From assembly GCF_963921235.1 (NCBI RefSeq), contig NC_086118.1, positions 28,708,001 to 28,772,000 on the forward strand: a stretch of 64,000 nt of DNA, in the 5' to 3' direction. The notes under the pieces are model-generated. The model was not told where the DNA came from, did no database searches, and saw only the letters and a list, made by a program, of their open reading frames with translations. Positions 53,701 to 64,000 of this stretch are shown one piece after another. Within the stretch, counting starts at the first letter, position 1, and the number at the start of each line of letters is the position of its first letter. This stretch comes from Mobula hypostoma. Taxonomy: Eukaryota. A program made the position numbers and the translations under genes.

Positions 53701-54199
53701 ACACTGGCTTTAGATACCTTCTTTGGGTATTAGTCAAAACTTATCTTTCACTTCCTCACACTCATTTACCTGGTTTTACAGGCAGGCTAATCAAAATGTA
53801 GTAAGAATTTCCAAAAGATTTCTGAAGACTAAGTTAAAGTTTATTAAACTTATCTTTTCATTTGGAGTCCAAATGAGCAGATTATCAGAAGCAGAAATAA
53901 AATTCTCTTCCTTTTATCACGTACTCATTGATAGAATCCTACCATCATCAAAAAAACTTCATTTTCACTCTGTGCCCATCTTCAGCAATGGGGTATCTGT
54001 GGGCTTCAGGTTCTCTATAATAAATTGAAAGCTTGGTAGTGCTGCCTTGTTTCTTTTACTATACCTCACAGAATATTTTCTGACAGTTAATTTCTTGCCC
54101 TCTGCACTTGTTCCAGCTGTTTTTTAATTGACTGGTACATTGAAGGTAGTGAATAAATTTTTTCTAAAACAGCAAGCAAACCTTGGATCATTTCTTCTG

Positions 54200-54570
54200 G
54201 AGCATTGAAGGTAAAGCGGTAACTTGACAGAAGTATAGAGGATTAAGAGAGGCATAAGTAGGGTAGACAGTAAGAGTTCTTTCTCATAATGGAAAAGTCA
54301 AAAACTGAAGGCCATAACTTTAATGAGAGAGGGGGAAAGTTTAAAGGAGATTTATGAGACATGGGAAATGGTAGATGTCTGGAACACATGGGGAAATGGT
54401 GGAAGCAGATGTATAAGCAATATCTAAGAGGCATTTAGACAGACGTGTGAACAGGCAAGGAATGAAGGATCGTGGTCTTATGTAGGCAGATCATATTAGC
54501 TTAAATTAACATCATGATTGGTATAAATACTGTGGGCTGGGTCAAGGGGCCAGTTTGTGTGTTGTACAGT
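54200..54570 (+). mobile_element. Old CR1 3' end
   Basis: 'gggggaaagtttaaaggagat', 'aagaggcatttagacaga', 'tgtgggctgggtcaaggggcc'. Confidence 0.6.
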
Positions 54571-54574
54571 ACTT

Positions 54575-54750
54575 ACTTGTATTTATATGATGCCATTCAT
54601 GCCTATTCAAGGACATCTCAAAGCATTTAGAGCCAATGAAACATTTTAAAACTGTAGTAATATAGGAGGTATGCCACTTAATATAAGCATAGTAAGATCC
54701 ATCAAACAAAAAAATGATAAAGAGAGGATAAATGACTGGAATTTGATTAA
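54575..54750 (-). mobile_element. SacSINE1/DeuSINE-like 3' end
   Basis: Minus strand 'aaatgctttgagatgtccttgaataggcatgaatggcatcatataaatacaagt' resembles the DeuSINE 3' tail as recalled. Confidence 0.45.
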
Positions 54751-54906
54751 TCATTTTCCAAACAAATAATCAATTTTATTGAAATAACCAAGATTAGCAT
54801 CACAGAAATCACAGTAATTCCAAAACAGGAGGAACGAACAATTTGTCGTAATTGCATTAATAATTTTCCCTGCCCACACATTCCCGTACTATATCAGCTT
54901 ACGTGT

Positions 54907-55387
54907 AGAAACATAGAAACATAGAAAATAGGTGCAGGAGTAGGCCATTTGGCCCTTCGAGCCTGTACCGCCATTCAGTATGATCATGGCTGATCATCCA
55001 ACTCAGAACCCTGTACCAGCCTTCTCTCAATACCCCCGATCCCTTTAGCCACGAGGGCCATATCTAACTTCCTCTTAAATATAGCCAATGAACTGGCCTC
55101 AACTGTCTCCTGTGGCAGAGAATTCCACAGATTCACCACTCCCTGTGTGAAGAAGTTTTTCTTCATCTCGGTCCTAAAAGGTTTCCCCTTTATCCTCAAA
55201 CTGTGACCCCTCATTCTGGACTTCCCCAGCATCGGGAACAATATTCCTGCATCTAACCTGTCCAATTCCTTTAGAATTTTATATGTTTCAATAAGATTCC
55301 CCCCTCAATCTTCTAAACTCCGGCGAGTATAAGCCTAGTCGATCCAGTCTTTCATCATATGAAAGTCCTGCCATCCCAGGAATCAAT
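54907..55387 (-). mobile_element. Young CR1/HER1 LINE 3' end
   Basis: (TAGAAACA)n tail on + strand; ORF 'RGHSLRIKGKPFRTEMKKNFFTQGVVNLWNSLPQETVEA'. Confidence 0.9.
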
Positions 55388-55929
55388 GGATTCAATGTAA
55401 TGGATGTTTTAAACCTTACAATATAAATTGGAGCTCACAGTTCATCGAGATGCTGCTGAAAGTTGGGACATTTCACAATGCATTTTCAGAACTCTTGGAA
55501 CTCTGCTGATACTTATTCAAAGTGTCTGGTCTATGCCCAAGTTAGTATCATGTGTATTTTGGAGAAAGTGATTGGTCACCATACAGATAGAAAATATGAG
55601 GCCTGGTGCGACAGGTGACTCTTTGAGGAAAACTGACTCTTAGGAGGAAGCTTAATAACCACATTTGTAAAGAGTCTCATCCTGACAGCATTTTCTTAAC
55701 CAGTGGTGGCCTGTATACCCTGGTGTCTGGCTGCATTGACAATCATGCCATCAAAGGCTGATGCATGCTGTATGGCAAAGTGATGGAAGTTGTACCAAAC
55801 TGATACTACTTCCATATAACCCCTCAAGTCCTTAATCAGTGCATCTTTGAGGGTAAAAACTATTCCAAGTTATTGCATACATGCTTTAAAAAAATTGATT
55901 GTTGAGAAATTGATGAGAAATAAAGGTTG

Positions 55930-56180
55930 TCAGAAAATTAGGATTAACTCCTGACCTGTTCTTTGAAATGTTCTCTGTGGATCTATTAAATCTGCCAGAG
56001 AAAGCAGCCAGTCCGAGGCTTATTGTCCTATCCAAAGGTGACTTCTCAGATAGTGCATTGCATTCCAGTGAATGCAAGCGATGGGTATGCTGAGTTGTTA
56101 AGGTTCATTACATGATTTTTGTTAACCACCAAGCAGTAGAAGGGAGCTGACAATCTGGGACCATTTATTTTGGATCTAAT
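55930..56180 (-). mobile_element. Ancient DeuSINE (SacSINE1/AmnSINE1-type Deu domain) remnant
   Basis: Minus strand 'atgcactatctgagaagtcacctttggataggacaataagcctcggactggctgctttctctggcagatttaatagatcc..tttcaaagaacaggtcaggagtt' follows the Deu-domain motif order. Confidence 0.5.
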
Positions 56181-56285
56181 TCTGTTGAAGTACCAAGGAC
56201 CCTGTTGTCTGTGGTTAACAAACCAATGTCTTCTGACCATTTCCTAACTTCCAACATACAGCAAGCTATAGAAAAATGTAATTTA

Positions 56286-57232
56286 ACATAGAACATAGAG
56301 CATAGAATAGTACAGCACAGTACAGGCCCTTCGGTCCACAATGTTGTGCCGACCCTCAAACCCTGCCTCCCATATAAGCCCCCACCTTAGATTCCTCCAT
56401 ATACCTGTCTTGTAGTCTCTTAAACTTCACTAGTGTATCTGCCTCCAGCACTGACTCAGGCAGTGCATTCCATGCACCAACCACTCTCTGAGTAAAAAAC
56501 CTTCCTCTAATATCCCCCTTGAACTTCCCACCCCTTACCTTAAAGCCATGTCCTCTTGTATTGAGCAGTGGTGCCCTGGGAAAGAGGCGCTGGCTATCCA
56601 TTCTATCTATTCCTCTTATTATCTTGTACACCTCTATCATGTCTCCTCTCATCCTCCTTCTCTCCAAAGGGTAAAGCCCTAGCTCCCTTAATCTCTGATC
56701 ATAATGCATACTTTCTTAACCAGGCAGCATCCTGGTAAATCTCCTCTGTACCCTTTCCAATGCTTCCACATCCTTCCTACAGTGAGGTGACCAGAACTGG
56801 ACACAGTACTCCAAGTGTGGCCTAACCAGAGTTTTATAGAGCTGCATCATTACATCGCGACTCTTAAACTCTATCCCTCGACTTATGAAAGCTAACACCC
56901 CATAAGCTTTCTCAACTACCCGATCCACCTGTGAGGCAACTTTCAGGGATCTGTGGACATGTACCCCGAGATCCCTCTGCTCCTCCACACTACCAAGTAT
57001 CCTGCCATTTACTTTGTACTCTGCCTTGGAGTTTGTCCTTCCAAAGCGTACCCACCTCACACTTCTCCGGGTTGAACTCCATCTGCCACTTCTCAGCCCA
57101 CTTCTGCATCCTATCAATGTCTCTCTGCAATATTGAACAATCCTCTACACTATCTACAACACCACCAACCTTTGTGTCGTCTGCAAACTTGCCAACCCAC
57201 CTTTCTACCCCCACATCCAGGTTGTTAATAAA
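56286..57232 (-). mobile_element. Young 5'-truncated CR1/HER1 LINE (RT C-terminal half)
   Basis: ORFs with 'GKFADDTKVGG', 'WQMEFNPEKCEV', 'LVRPHLEYCVQFWSP', 'FFTQRVVGAWNALP'; frameshifts; (CATAGAA)n tail. Confidence 0.95.
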
Positions 57233-58348
57233 ATTTATGATTAGATGTTGCAGGATATAAATCAGGGCCAATCCATGTTGTTTCTGCCAGGTGTCCAGGT
57301 TTGAATTTTTTACTGAGAGTTACGTATTCTTTGGATTTAAAGATGATCTCTTAAATATAAAGAAATCAAAGCTTGGACCTCAAGTTAGAAAGAACTATTC
57401 ACTACACAGAATTGGAACTCAAGTCATCTGAATGTGGAGAGCAAATGTTCCTGCCTCTTTCATAACCAGTGGATCAAGTTTAGTTGCTGGAAAATTATAA
57501 ACATTGATCTTTTATTTTCCTAGCTTTGATTTTGAATCAAATAAACAGGGTAGGAGAGTTAAATGGAACAAAAATCAAAATGGAAATATTTAATATTTAC
57601 TTTCCATGGTGGGATCTTTAAAGTTTGATGTACCCTGAGGCATTGTATGACATATTAGATTTTTTTTTCTGTGCATTGATGCATCTATTTTGTGTGAATG
57701 CCAATTAGGCATTTGGCCTAATTAATTATCCTGTAAGAAATAAGCAGGCCTTTCTTATTCAACGTAAATATTGCAGATTCTCAGAACTGCCACAAATTTG
57801 CAGAAGATTTCCAACCCCACCGGTTTTCCCTAATGACTTTTATAGTTTTTGGAGGCAAAGTAATTTCTCCAATGGACTGAATGCCAAAGCTGTAATCTTT
57901 GTATTACTTGTTCAGCATGGCTTAATTAGCTCTAGTCACAGCAAAGACTCCACAATAGCCTCACCAAATAATGATGCTTATTTACTAAAAGCTAATCTAT
58001 GACAGATTGACTTACAGTAATTCAGATTTTCTTCTTTGGAATGTGCACAATTCTGAAAAGGTGGAACTTGTTGCCGTTGATTTTTGTAACAGGCTATCAG
58101 TGAATCATTGCAGTTCAAGTGATAATGATGATCCTGTGAAACTGAACTGGGATGATAATGAAAGAGCAATGATAAACCTACTGTTGTGATAGTTAGAGGA
58201 TCTGAAGAAGAAGACTAGGGGAGAAATGTGATTTTAGTCACCATATGTATAGAAAATGGTTATATAATATTTGTGTTTGTGTCTTTGCAGCTGGTGCTTT
58301 GAATAAATGTCTATGAATGGGAGGAACTTAAGGCCGTTGTCTGTAGCA

Positions 58349-58412
58349 CAGTGGTTGTTATGCCATGGACCATTAACTGAGGAGTCCGTAGACCCCAGGT
58401 TGAGAACCCCTG
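58349..58412. mobile_element. Small hAT/Charlie-like MITE remnant
   Basis: Termini CAGTGGTT...AACCCCTG and 'gaccccaggttgagaacccctg'; both flanks contain TAG but the TSD is not clean. Confidence 0.45.
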
Positions 58413-58941
58413 GTCTAGTGTGTATAGCATCAAAAAACGAGGACTATTTTTTATCACTTGATTTTCCCAAAATGTTCCTTCTCTTTTAATTCTCAGTTGT
58501 AAACAGGATATCCTAGCAAAATAATCATGTTTATCAAACGCTTGTTCTGGTGGTGGAAAGAATTATGATTGGGTCCAATTGCTTTGAGGTTCACAAATCA
58601 AATTGCTTTGCCCTGCAGATATTTTAGTGTGGTCGTTCCAACCATCTAATTAAATAAAAGAGCATTCTGTCACATTCTTCTTGATCTTTAAGATGGCAAG
58701 GCTTTGAAAGAAGCTACTCAAGGGTGAGTAGCCAGACTCCCTTTGTTGGATTTGCACTCATGGTAAATCTATCCTGTCTCTGTATTTTGGTCAAAGGTGA
58801 GATTCAAAACTCAGTTTTATTTGGAGATTATGCATTGTGAACATTCACAGCTGGCTTGATGTGATTCAGAATTAAGCACTGATTCTGATGGGCTGCTTCA
58901 GGTTGAGGGATTCAGAAAAGTCATTTATTTCACATTTCTTT

Positions 58942-59096
58942 CCCAATCTGATGTTCTTTTTTCTCTGAACAACTGAACCTCTTAAACATGCCTGCATGCT
59001 CTCATGCATTGAGTTGCTGCCGTATTATTAGTTGATTAGGTGTTTGCATTAACTAGTGGGTGGCAGGTGTACCTAATAAAGTGGTCACTGAGTGTA
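58942..59096 (-). mobile_element. Tc1 5' end with TIR, same family as 13775-14230
   Basis: Overlaps 14155-14230 in sequence; ends gtacctaataaagtggtcactgagtg followed by TA. Confidence 0.75.
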
Positions 59097-59817
59097 TGTA
59101 TACAGATATGCATATATACACATTTTTATGTGTAGAGATGAGCAGAGATTCGGGCTACAGACCAGAATACCATAAGATATAGGAGCAGAATTACCCCATT
59201 TGGTCCATCGAGTTAGCTCCGCTATTTCATCATGGCTGATCCAAATTTCCTCTCAGCTCCAATTTCCTGCACTCTCCCCATATGCCTTCATGCCCTGACT
59301 GATCAACATCTGCCTTAAATATACACAATGACTTGGCTTCCACAGCTGCCTGCGGCAAAGAATTCCACAGATTTTTCATTCTCTGGCTAGAGAAATTCTT
59401 CCTCATCAACACTCTAAAAGAATGCCCCTTTATTCTGAAGCTGTGGCTCTCCCAATTTAGGAAACGTCCTCTCCACATCCACTCCATCAAGGACAGGAAA
59501 CCACTCGATAGGTTCCAATGAGGTCATCCCTCATTCTTCTGAATTCCAGTGAACACAGGCCCAGAACCATCAAATGCTCATTCAATCCTGAAATAATTTT
59601 CATGAACCTCTTTTGAACCCTGTCCAGTTTCAGCACACCCTTTCTAAGATATGGAGCCTAAAAATGCTCACAATACTCCAGGTGATGCCTCACCAGTGCT
59701 TTATAAAGTCTCAACATTACACCCTTGCTTTTATATTCTAATCCTCTTGAAATGAGTGCTAACATCACATTTACCTTCCACACCACAGACACAACCTGCA
59801 AATTAACCTTTAGAGAA

Positions 59818-60169
59818 TGTCATGACCCCTGCAGCTTGCCATAGAGCTTTGAGATTTGAGGGATTTTGAGCACCTGCATTTACTAATCAATATCTGAACT
59901 TGAGTTGTTAAGCCCTTGTGTTTTTAGTTTAATCTTGTCAAGTTAATTGTAGTTACACGTTTCCCTGATTCTATGATTATTTAAAGAGGTCTCCCAGTCA
60001 GTGCCTTAGTGGGGGTCATTGTGTCAGAGAGGATGAATTACCTTGTGGTGTTGCTCAGTTGCTCCTCTGAGGGCTGATTCCAATGTTAAACTTCTTGTTT
60101 CTGTCTCTTACTGGGAATCCTGCTGTTCCTCTGCACCTGGATCCAGGTCTTCATGAGTGAACCATGACA
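59818..60169. mobile_element. Solo-LTR-like insertion
   Basis: Termini TGTCATG...CATGACA; cleanly interrupts the CR1; flanks gagaa / ggaaa may be a diverged 5-bp TSD. Confidence 0.65.
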
Positions 60170-60505
60170 GGAAATCCTGCACAAGGACTGCCAAGTCCCT
60201 TTGCACCTCAGATTCTTGTATTTTCTCTCCATTTAGAAAATAGTCAACCCTTTCATTTCTTCTACCAAAGTGCATGACCATACACTTCCAGACACACTGT
60301 ATTCAATCTTCCACTTCTTTGCCCATTCTTGAGATCTGTCTAAGTCCTTTCTGCCCCTCCATCTATCTTCATATCATCTGCAAACTTTGGAACAAAGCTA
60401 TCAATTCCATCATCCAAATCATTGGCCTATAGCATAAAAAGAATATGTCCCAACACAGACCATTGTGGAACACATCTAGTCACCGGCAGTCAACCAGAAA
60501 TAGCT

Positions 60506-60617
60506 AACACAAAATACTCTGCAGATGCTGGGGTCAAAGCAACACTCACAACACGCTGGAGGAACTCAGCAGGTCGGGCAGCATCTGTGGAAATGATCAG
60601 TCAATGTTTTGGGCTGG
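60506..60617 (-). mobile_element. PLE terminal fragment with a 14-bp TSD
   Basis: ctgcagatgctgg..ctggaggaactcagcaggtcgggcagcatc..gtcaatgttttgggc; TSD aaccagaaatagct (60492-60505) / aaccagagatggct (60618-60631). Confidence 0.8.
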
Positions 60618-62889
60618 AACCAGAGATGGCTCCCTTTATTCCTATTCTTTGCTTCTTGCCAATCATCCACTGCTTTATCCATGTTAGAATCTTTCTTGAA
60701 ATACTATGGGTTCGTAACTTGTTAAGCAGCCTCATGTGTGGTCCATTGTCAAGGGTCTTCTGAAAATCCAAGTACACAACATCAATTGATTCTCCTTTGT
60801 TTATCCTGCTTGTTACTTCTTCAAAGAATTCCAAAAGATTTCTCAGGCAAGACTTTCCCTTAAGGAAACCATGCTGACTACGGCCCATGTTATCATGTGC
60901 CTCCAAGTACCCTGAGACCTCATCCTTAATAATCAACTTCAGCATCTTCCCAACCACTGAGGTCAGACTAACTGGCCTATGGTTTCCTTTCTTCTGTTTC
61001 TCTCTCTTCTTGAAGAATAGAGTGACATTTGCAATCTTCCAGTCTTCTGGAACCATTCCAGAATCTAGAGATTCTTAAAATATCATTACTAATGCCTCCA
61101 TAATCCCTTCAGCTGCCTGTTTCAGAACCCTGGGGTGTATACCATCTGGTCCAGGTTACCTACCTAGCTTCAAACCTTTCAGTTTCCCAAGAACCTATTC
61201 CATAGTAATGGCGACTTCACACACTTCACAAACCCTGACACCTGAAATTTCCACCATATTGCTAGCGTCTTCCACAGCGAAGACTGATACAAAATACTTA
61301 TTCAGTTTGTCTGCCATTTTGTTGTCCCCTTTACTACCTCTTCAGCATCATTTCCCTGCAGTCCAATATCCACTCTCGTTTCTTTTTTACACTTTATGTA
61401 TCTGAAGAAACTTTTGGTATCCTCTTTAATATTATTGGTTAGTTTACTTTTGTATTCCATCTTTACCTTCTTAATGACATTTTTAGTTGCTTTCTGTTTG
61501 TTTTTAAAAGCTTCCTAATGCTTTATCCTTGCACTATTTTTTGCAATATTGTATCCCCCTCGTTTGGTTTTTAAGTTGACTTTGACTTCTTCTGTTAGCC
61601 ATAGTTGTGTTATCTTGCCTTTAGAATACCTCTTCCTCTTTGGGATGTATATATCCTGTGCCTTCCGAATTGCTTCCAGAAATTCCAGCCATTGCTGCTC
61701 TGCTGACATCCCTGCCAATGTTCTATTCCCATCATTTTTGTCCAACTCCTCTCTCATGCCCCTGTAATTCCCTTTACTTCACTGTAATACTGATAGTCTC
61801 TGGCTTGTTTAGCATTGGAATACAAGAAACATTTTCCACCTCTTAGTTTTGCCAAAACATTTCCTTCTCTTTGAAGGAAGTGGTCACATAAGTTGATAGT
61901 CTGGTGAAGAAGGAGGCATATGGCATGCTTGCCTTTATTGGTCAAGGGTATTGGACTATGTATTAGCCGTAGGAGTTTTGCATTGATTCTGATTTGAATT
62001 GGGTCTTCTCATTTTAGAAAGGATTCTGAGGCTTAGGAGAGAGAGCCGAAGATACTTAGTGACAAACTGCCCGGATTTGAATGCATGTTCTATAAGGATA
62101 GATTGGCAAGTGATGTCACAGGCGGGGCATGGTCATGGCAAGTGGAGGCGGGCTCGAATCAGAGTCGTGGCGTCCCCAAGAACAAGGGATGTCCCAATAT
62201 CTGATCGATTTATGTGCCGGGCCAAATGGTGGCAAGGTCCAGGCCACAGAGCAGTCTGGGAGTGAGGAATGACCCAGTGCTTGGACAATTTAAGTGCTAG
62301 GCCAGATTGAAAAGGTCAGGGTGTTGGGACCGGTGGAGAGGGCCATTTTTGCTCACTGCTCCGTGATGTTTACTCAGCTCTGCATTGAAGTGAGGCTGCG
62401 GCCTGCTCCAGCTGCAACAATGCCCGGCTTCTTGTCTTCCATAAAACTCCAGTTCTGAAAGTTATTTTCTTATTTCTGTTGTTTGCACAAATTGTTTTCT
62501 TGTTTTCTCTCTGTGCATTAGGTGTATGACAATCTTCTTTCTTTTTTTAATGGGCTCTTTTGAGATTTCTTTGTCTTACGGCTGCCTGTAAGGAGACGAA
62601 TCTCAAGGTTGTATAACGTATACATACTGTGATCATAAATATACTTTGAACTTTGACAAACCTGGATTGTTTTCTTTGTAAAGACAGAAGCTGAGGAGAG
62701 ACCTGATCAAATTTTATAAAATTATGAGAGGCAAAGGTAGAGTAGATAGTGGAATTTTTCCCCCAGGTTGAAATGTCTAATACTAGAGAGCATGTATTTA
62801 AGCTGATTTCTATGTGTGCATGTAGGCAGAGGCAAAGAACAAAGCTAGTGCTTTGTATCCAATGAGTATCCAATGTTAAATATTAGCCG

Positions 62890-63478
62890 GCACACACTAC
62901 ACTGAGGAGCTCAGCAGATCAGGTAGCATTTATAGAGGGGAATAAGTAGTCAATATTTTGGGCTGAGACTCTTCATCAGGGCTGGAATGGAAGGGGCAAG
63001 ATGTCAGAATAAGAAGGTGGGGCAGGGCAAGAAGTACAGGCTGGCAAGTAAAAGGCAAAAGGAAGGGTGGGTGGGTGGAGGAGACAGGATGAAGTGAGAA
63101 GATGCAAGGTGATAAGTGGAAGAGGGAAAGGGCTGAAGAAGAGGAATCTGATAGGACAGGAGAGTGGACCATGGGGAAGAGGAAGGTAGAGGGTCAGCAG
63201 AGGGAGGTTACGGGCAGGTGAGGGGAAGAGAAGGGGTAAGGGGGAAGCCAGAAATGAGTATGGAAAAAAGAAAGATGTGGGGGTAGAAATTATTGTACAC
63301 TAGAGAATTGATGTTCATGCCATCAGGTTGGAGATTGTTTGTATGGAATACGAGGTGTGGCTCCTCCAACCTGAGCGTGGCCTCAGAGTGGCAGTAGAGG
63401 AGGAGGCCACTGCCTAACCTGCAGATTTGTTTTATGTGTTGCACTGGATTTCCAGCATCCATAGAATACCTTGTGTTT
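62890..63478 (-). mobile_element. Penelope-like element 3' end (GIY-YIG C-terminus, pLTR with hammerhead remnant, inverted terminus)
   Basis: ORF 63208-63462 'GLLLYCHSEATLRLEEPHLVFHTNNLQPDGMNI'; minus-strand CTGATGA (62979-62973) followed by AAAA instead of GAAA; oppositely oriented terminus gatttccagcatc at ~63447. Confidence 0.8.
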
Positions 63479-64000
63479 AAATATTAATTAATAATGTCCA
63501 AGTATCAGTTCCTAACCCAAAACCCTTTTCATATGAAAACATTGAACTGCAAAATGATCTGTGCATCATTTGAAAAGATTCAGGAACACTTTCCATTCTC
63601 TAATTTTGGAGCTGATCCATGAAATCAAAATCTAAACCAGAAAAACAAATACTCTCTGCCCTGGCATTTCCCGTTTTCATAATAGTTTGGACCACATTGA
63701 GAATTTTCTGTAAGGACAGTAGACAGGTAAAAAACTGCAAAATAAAATATCAATCCAGATATTGGTTTGAATTCTCTCAGTTTTATTTTAATATAATGTC
63801 ATTCCTTCAGGTGAGCGAGCTAAACCTCATAACTTGAAAATATTACCCCAATTATATGAGACAAGACAGATAATAAGGCCCACAAAACTATAAACAGCTC
63901 AGAGGATCGTAAGACACTGTTGGCATTGATAATGTAAGATGCTGCAGGCCTGTTTCCCTTGTTTGGTGGCATGACAGATGGCAAGGCAGCAACATAGCCT

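Larger units (their letters stand above)
59169..61792 (-). mobile_element. CR1/HER1 LINE ORF2 remnant with nested insertions
   Basis: ORF 60601-61056 'DWKIANVTLFFKK..NHRPVSLTSVVGK..QHGFLKGKSCL..DVVYLDFQK'; colinear with the reverse complement of 11420-13600. Confidence 0.9.

Overview
Vertebrate genomic DNA, most likely from a cartilaginous fish such as a batoid ray. This is inferred from the repeat content: HER1/CR1 LINEs, HE1-like V-SINEs, SacSINE1/Deu-like SINEs, Penelope-like elements and Rex1. The window looks like a large intron or 5' region of a + strand gene that I cannot name. Almost all recognisable ORFs are decayed transposon genes: CR1 endonuclease/RT, Rex1 RT, L1 ORF2, RTE ORF, Gypsy gag/integrase, Tc1 transposase and Penelope GIY-YIG. 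Many insertions are nested and several retain target-site duplications (TSDs). A stretch at about 46.6-54.1 kb has no repeats I recognise. It holds a strong 63-nt exon candidate (48045-48107) and a CpG-richer promoter or exon candidate ending at a donor at 50772. The most notable structures are: (1) a TSD-flanked, 253-bp fold-back Penelope-derived mini-element with minimal hammerhead ribozyme cores on both strands (20787-21039), plus related copies; (2) an RTE-type LINE whose stop codon starts its (TAG)n tail; (3) an ORF-less ~670-bp LINE-derived element. No prokaryotic-type system, CRISPR array, tRNA gene or rRNA gene is supported. Boundaries of old repeats are approximate and family names come from motif recognition, not database searches.
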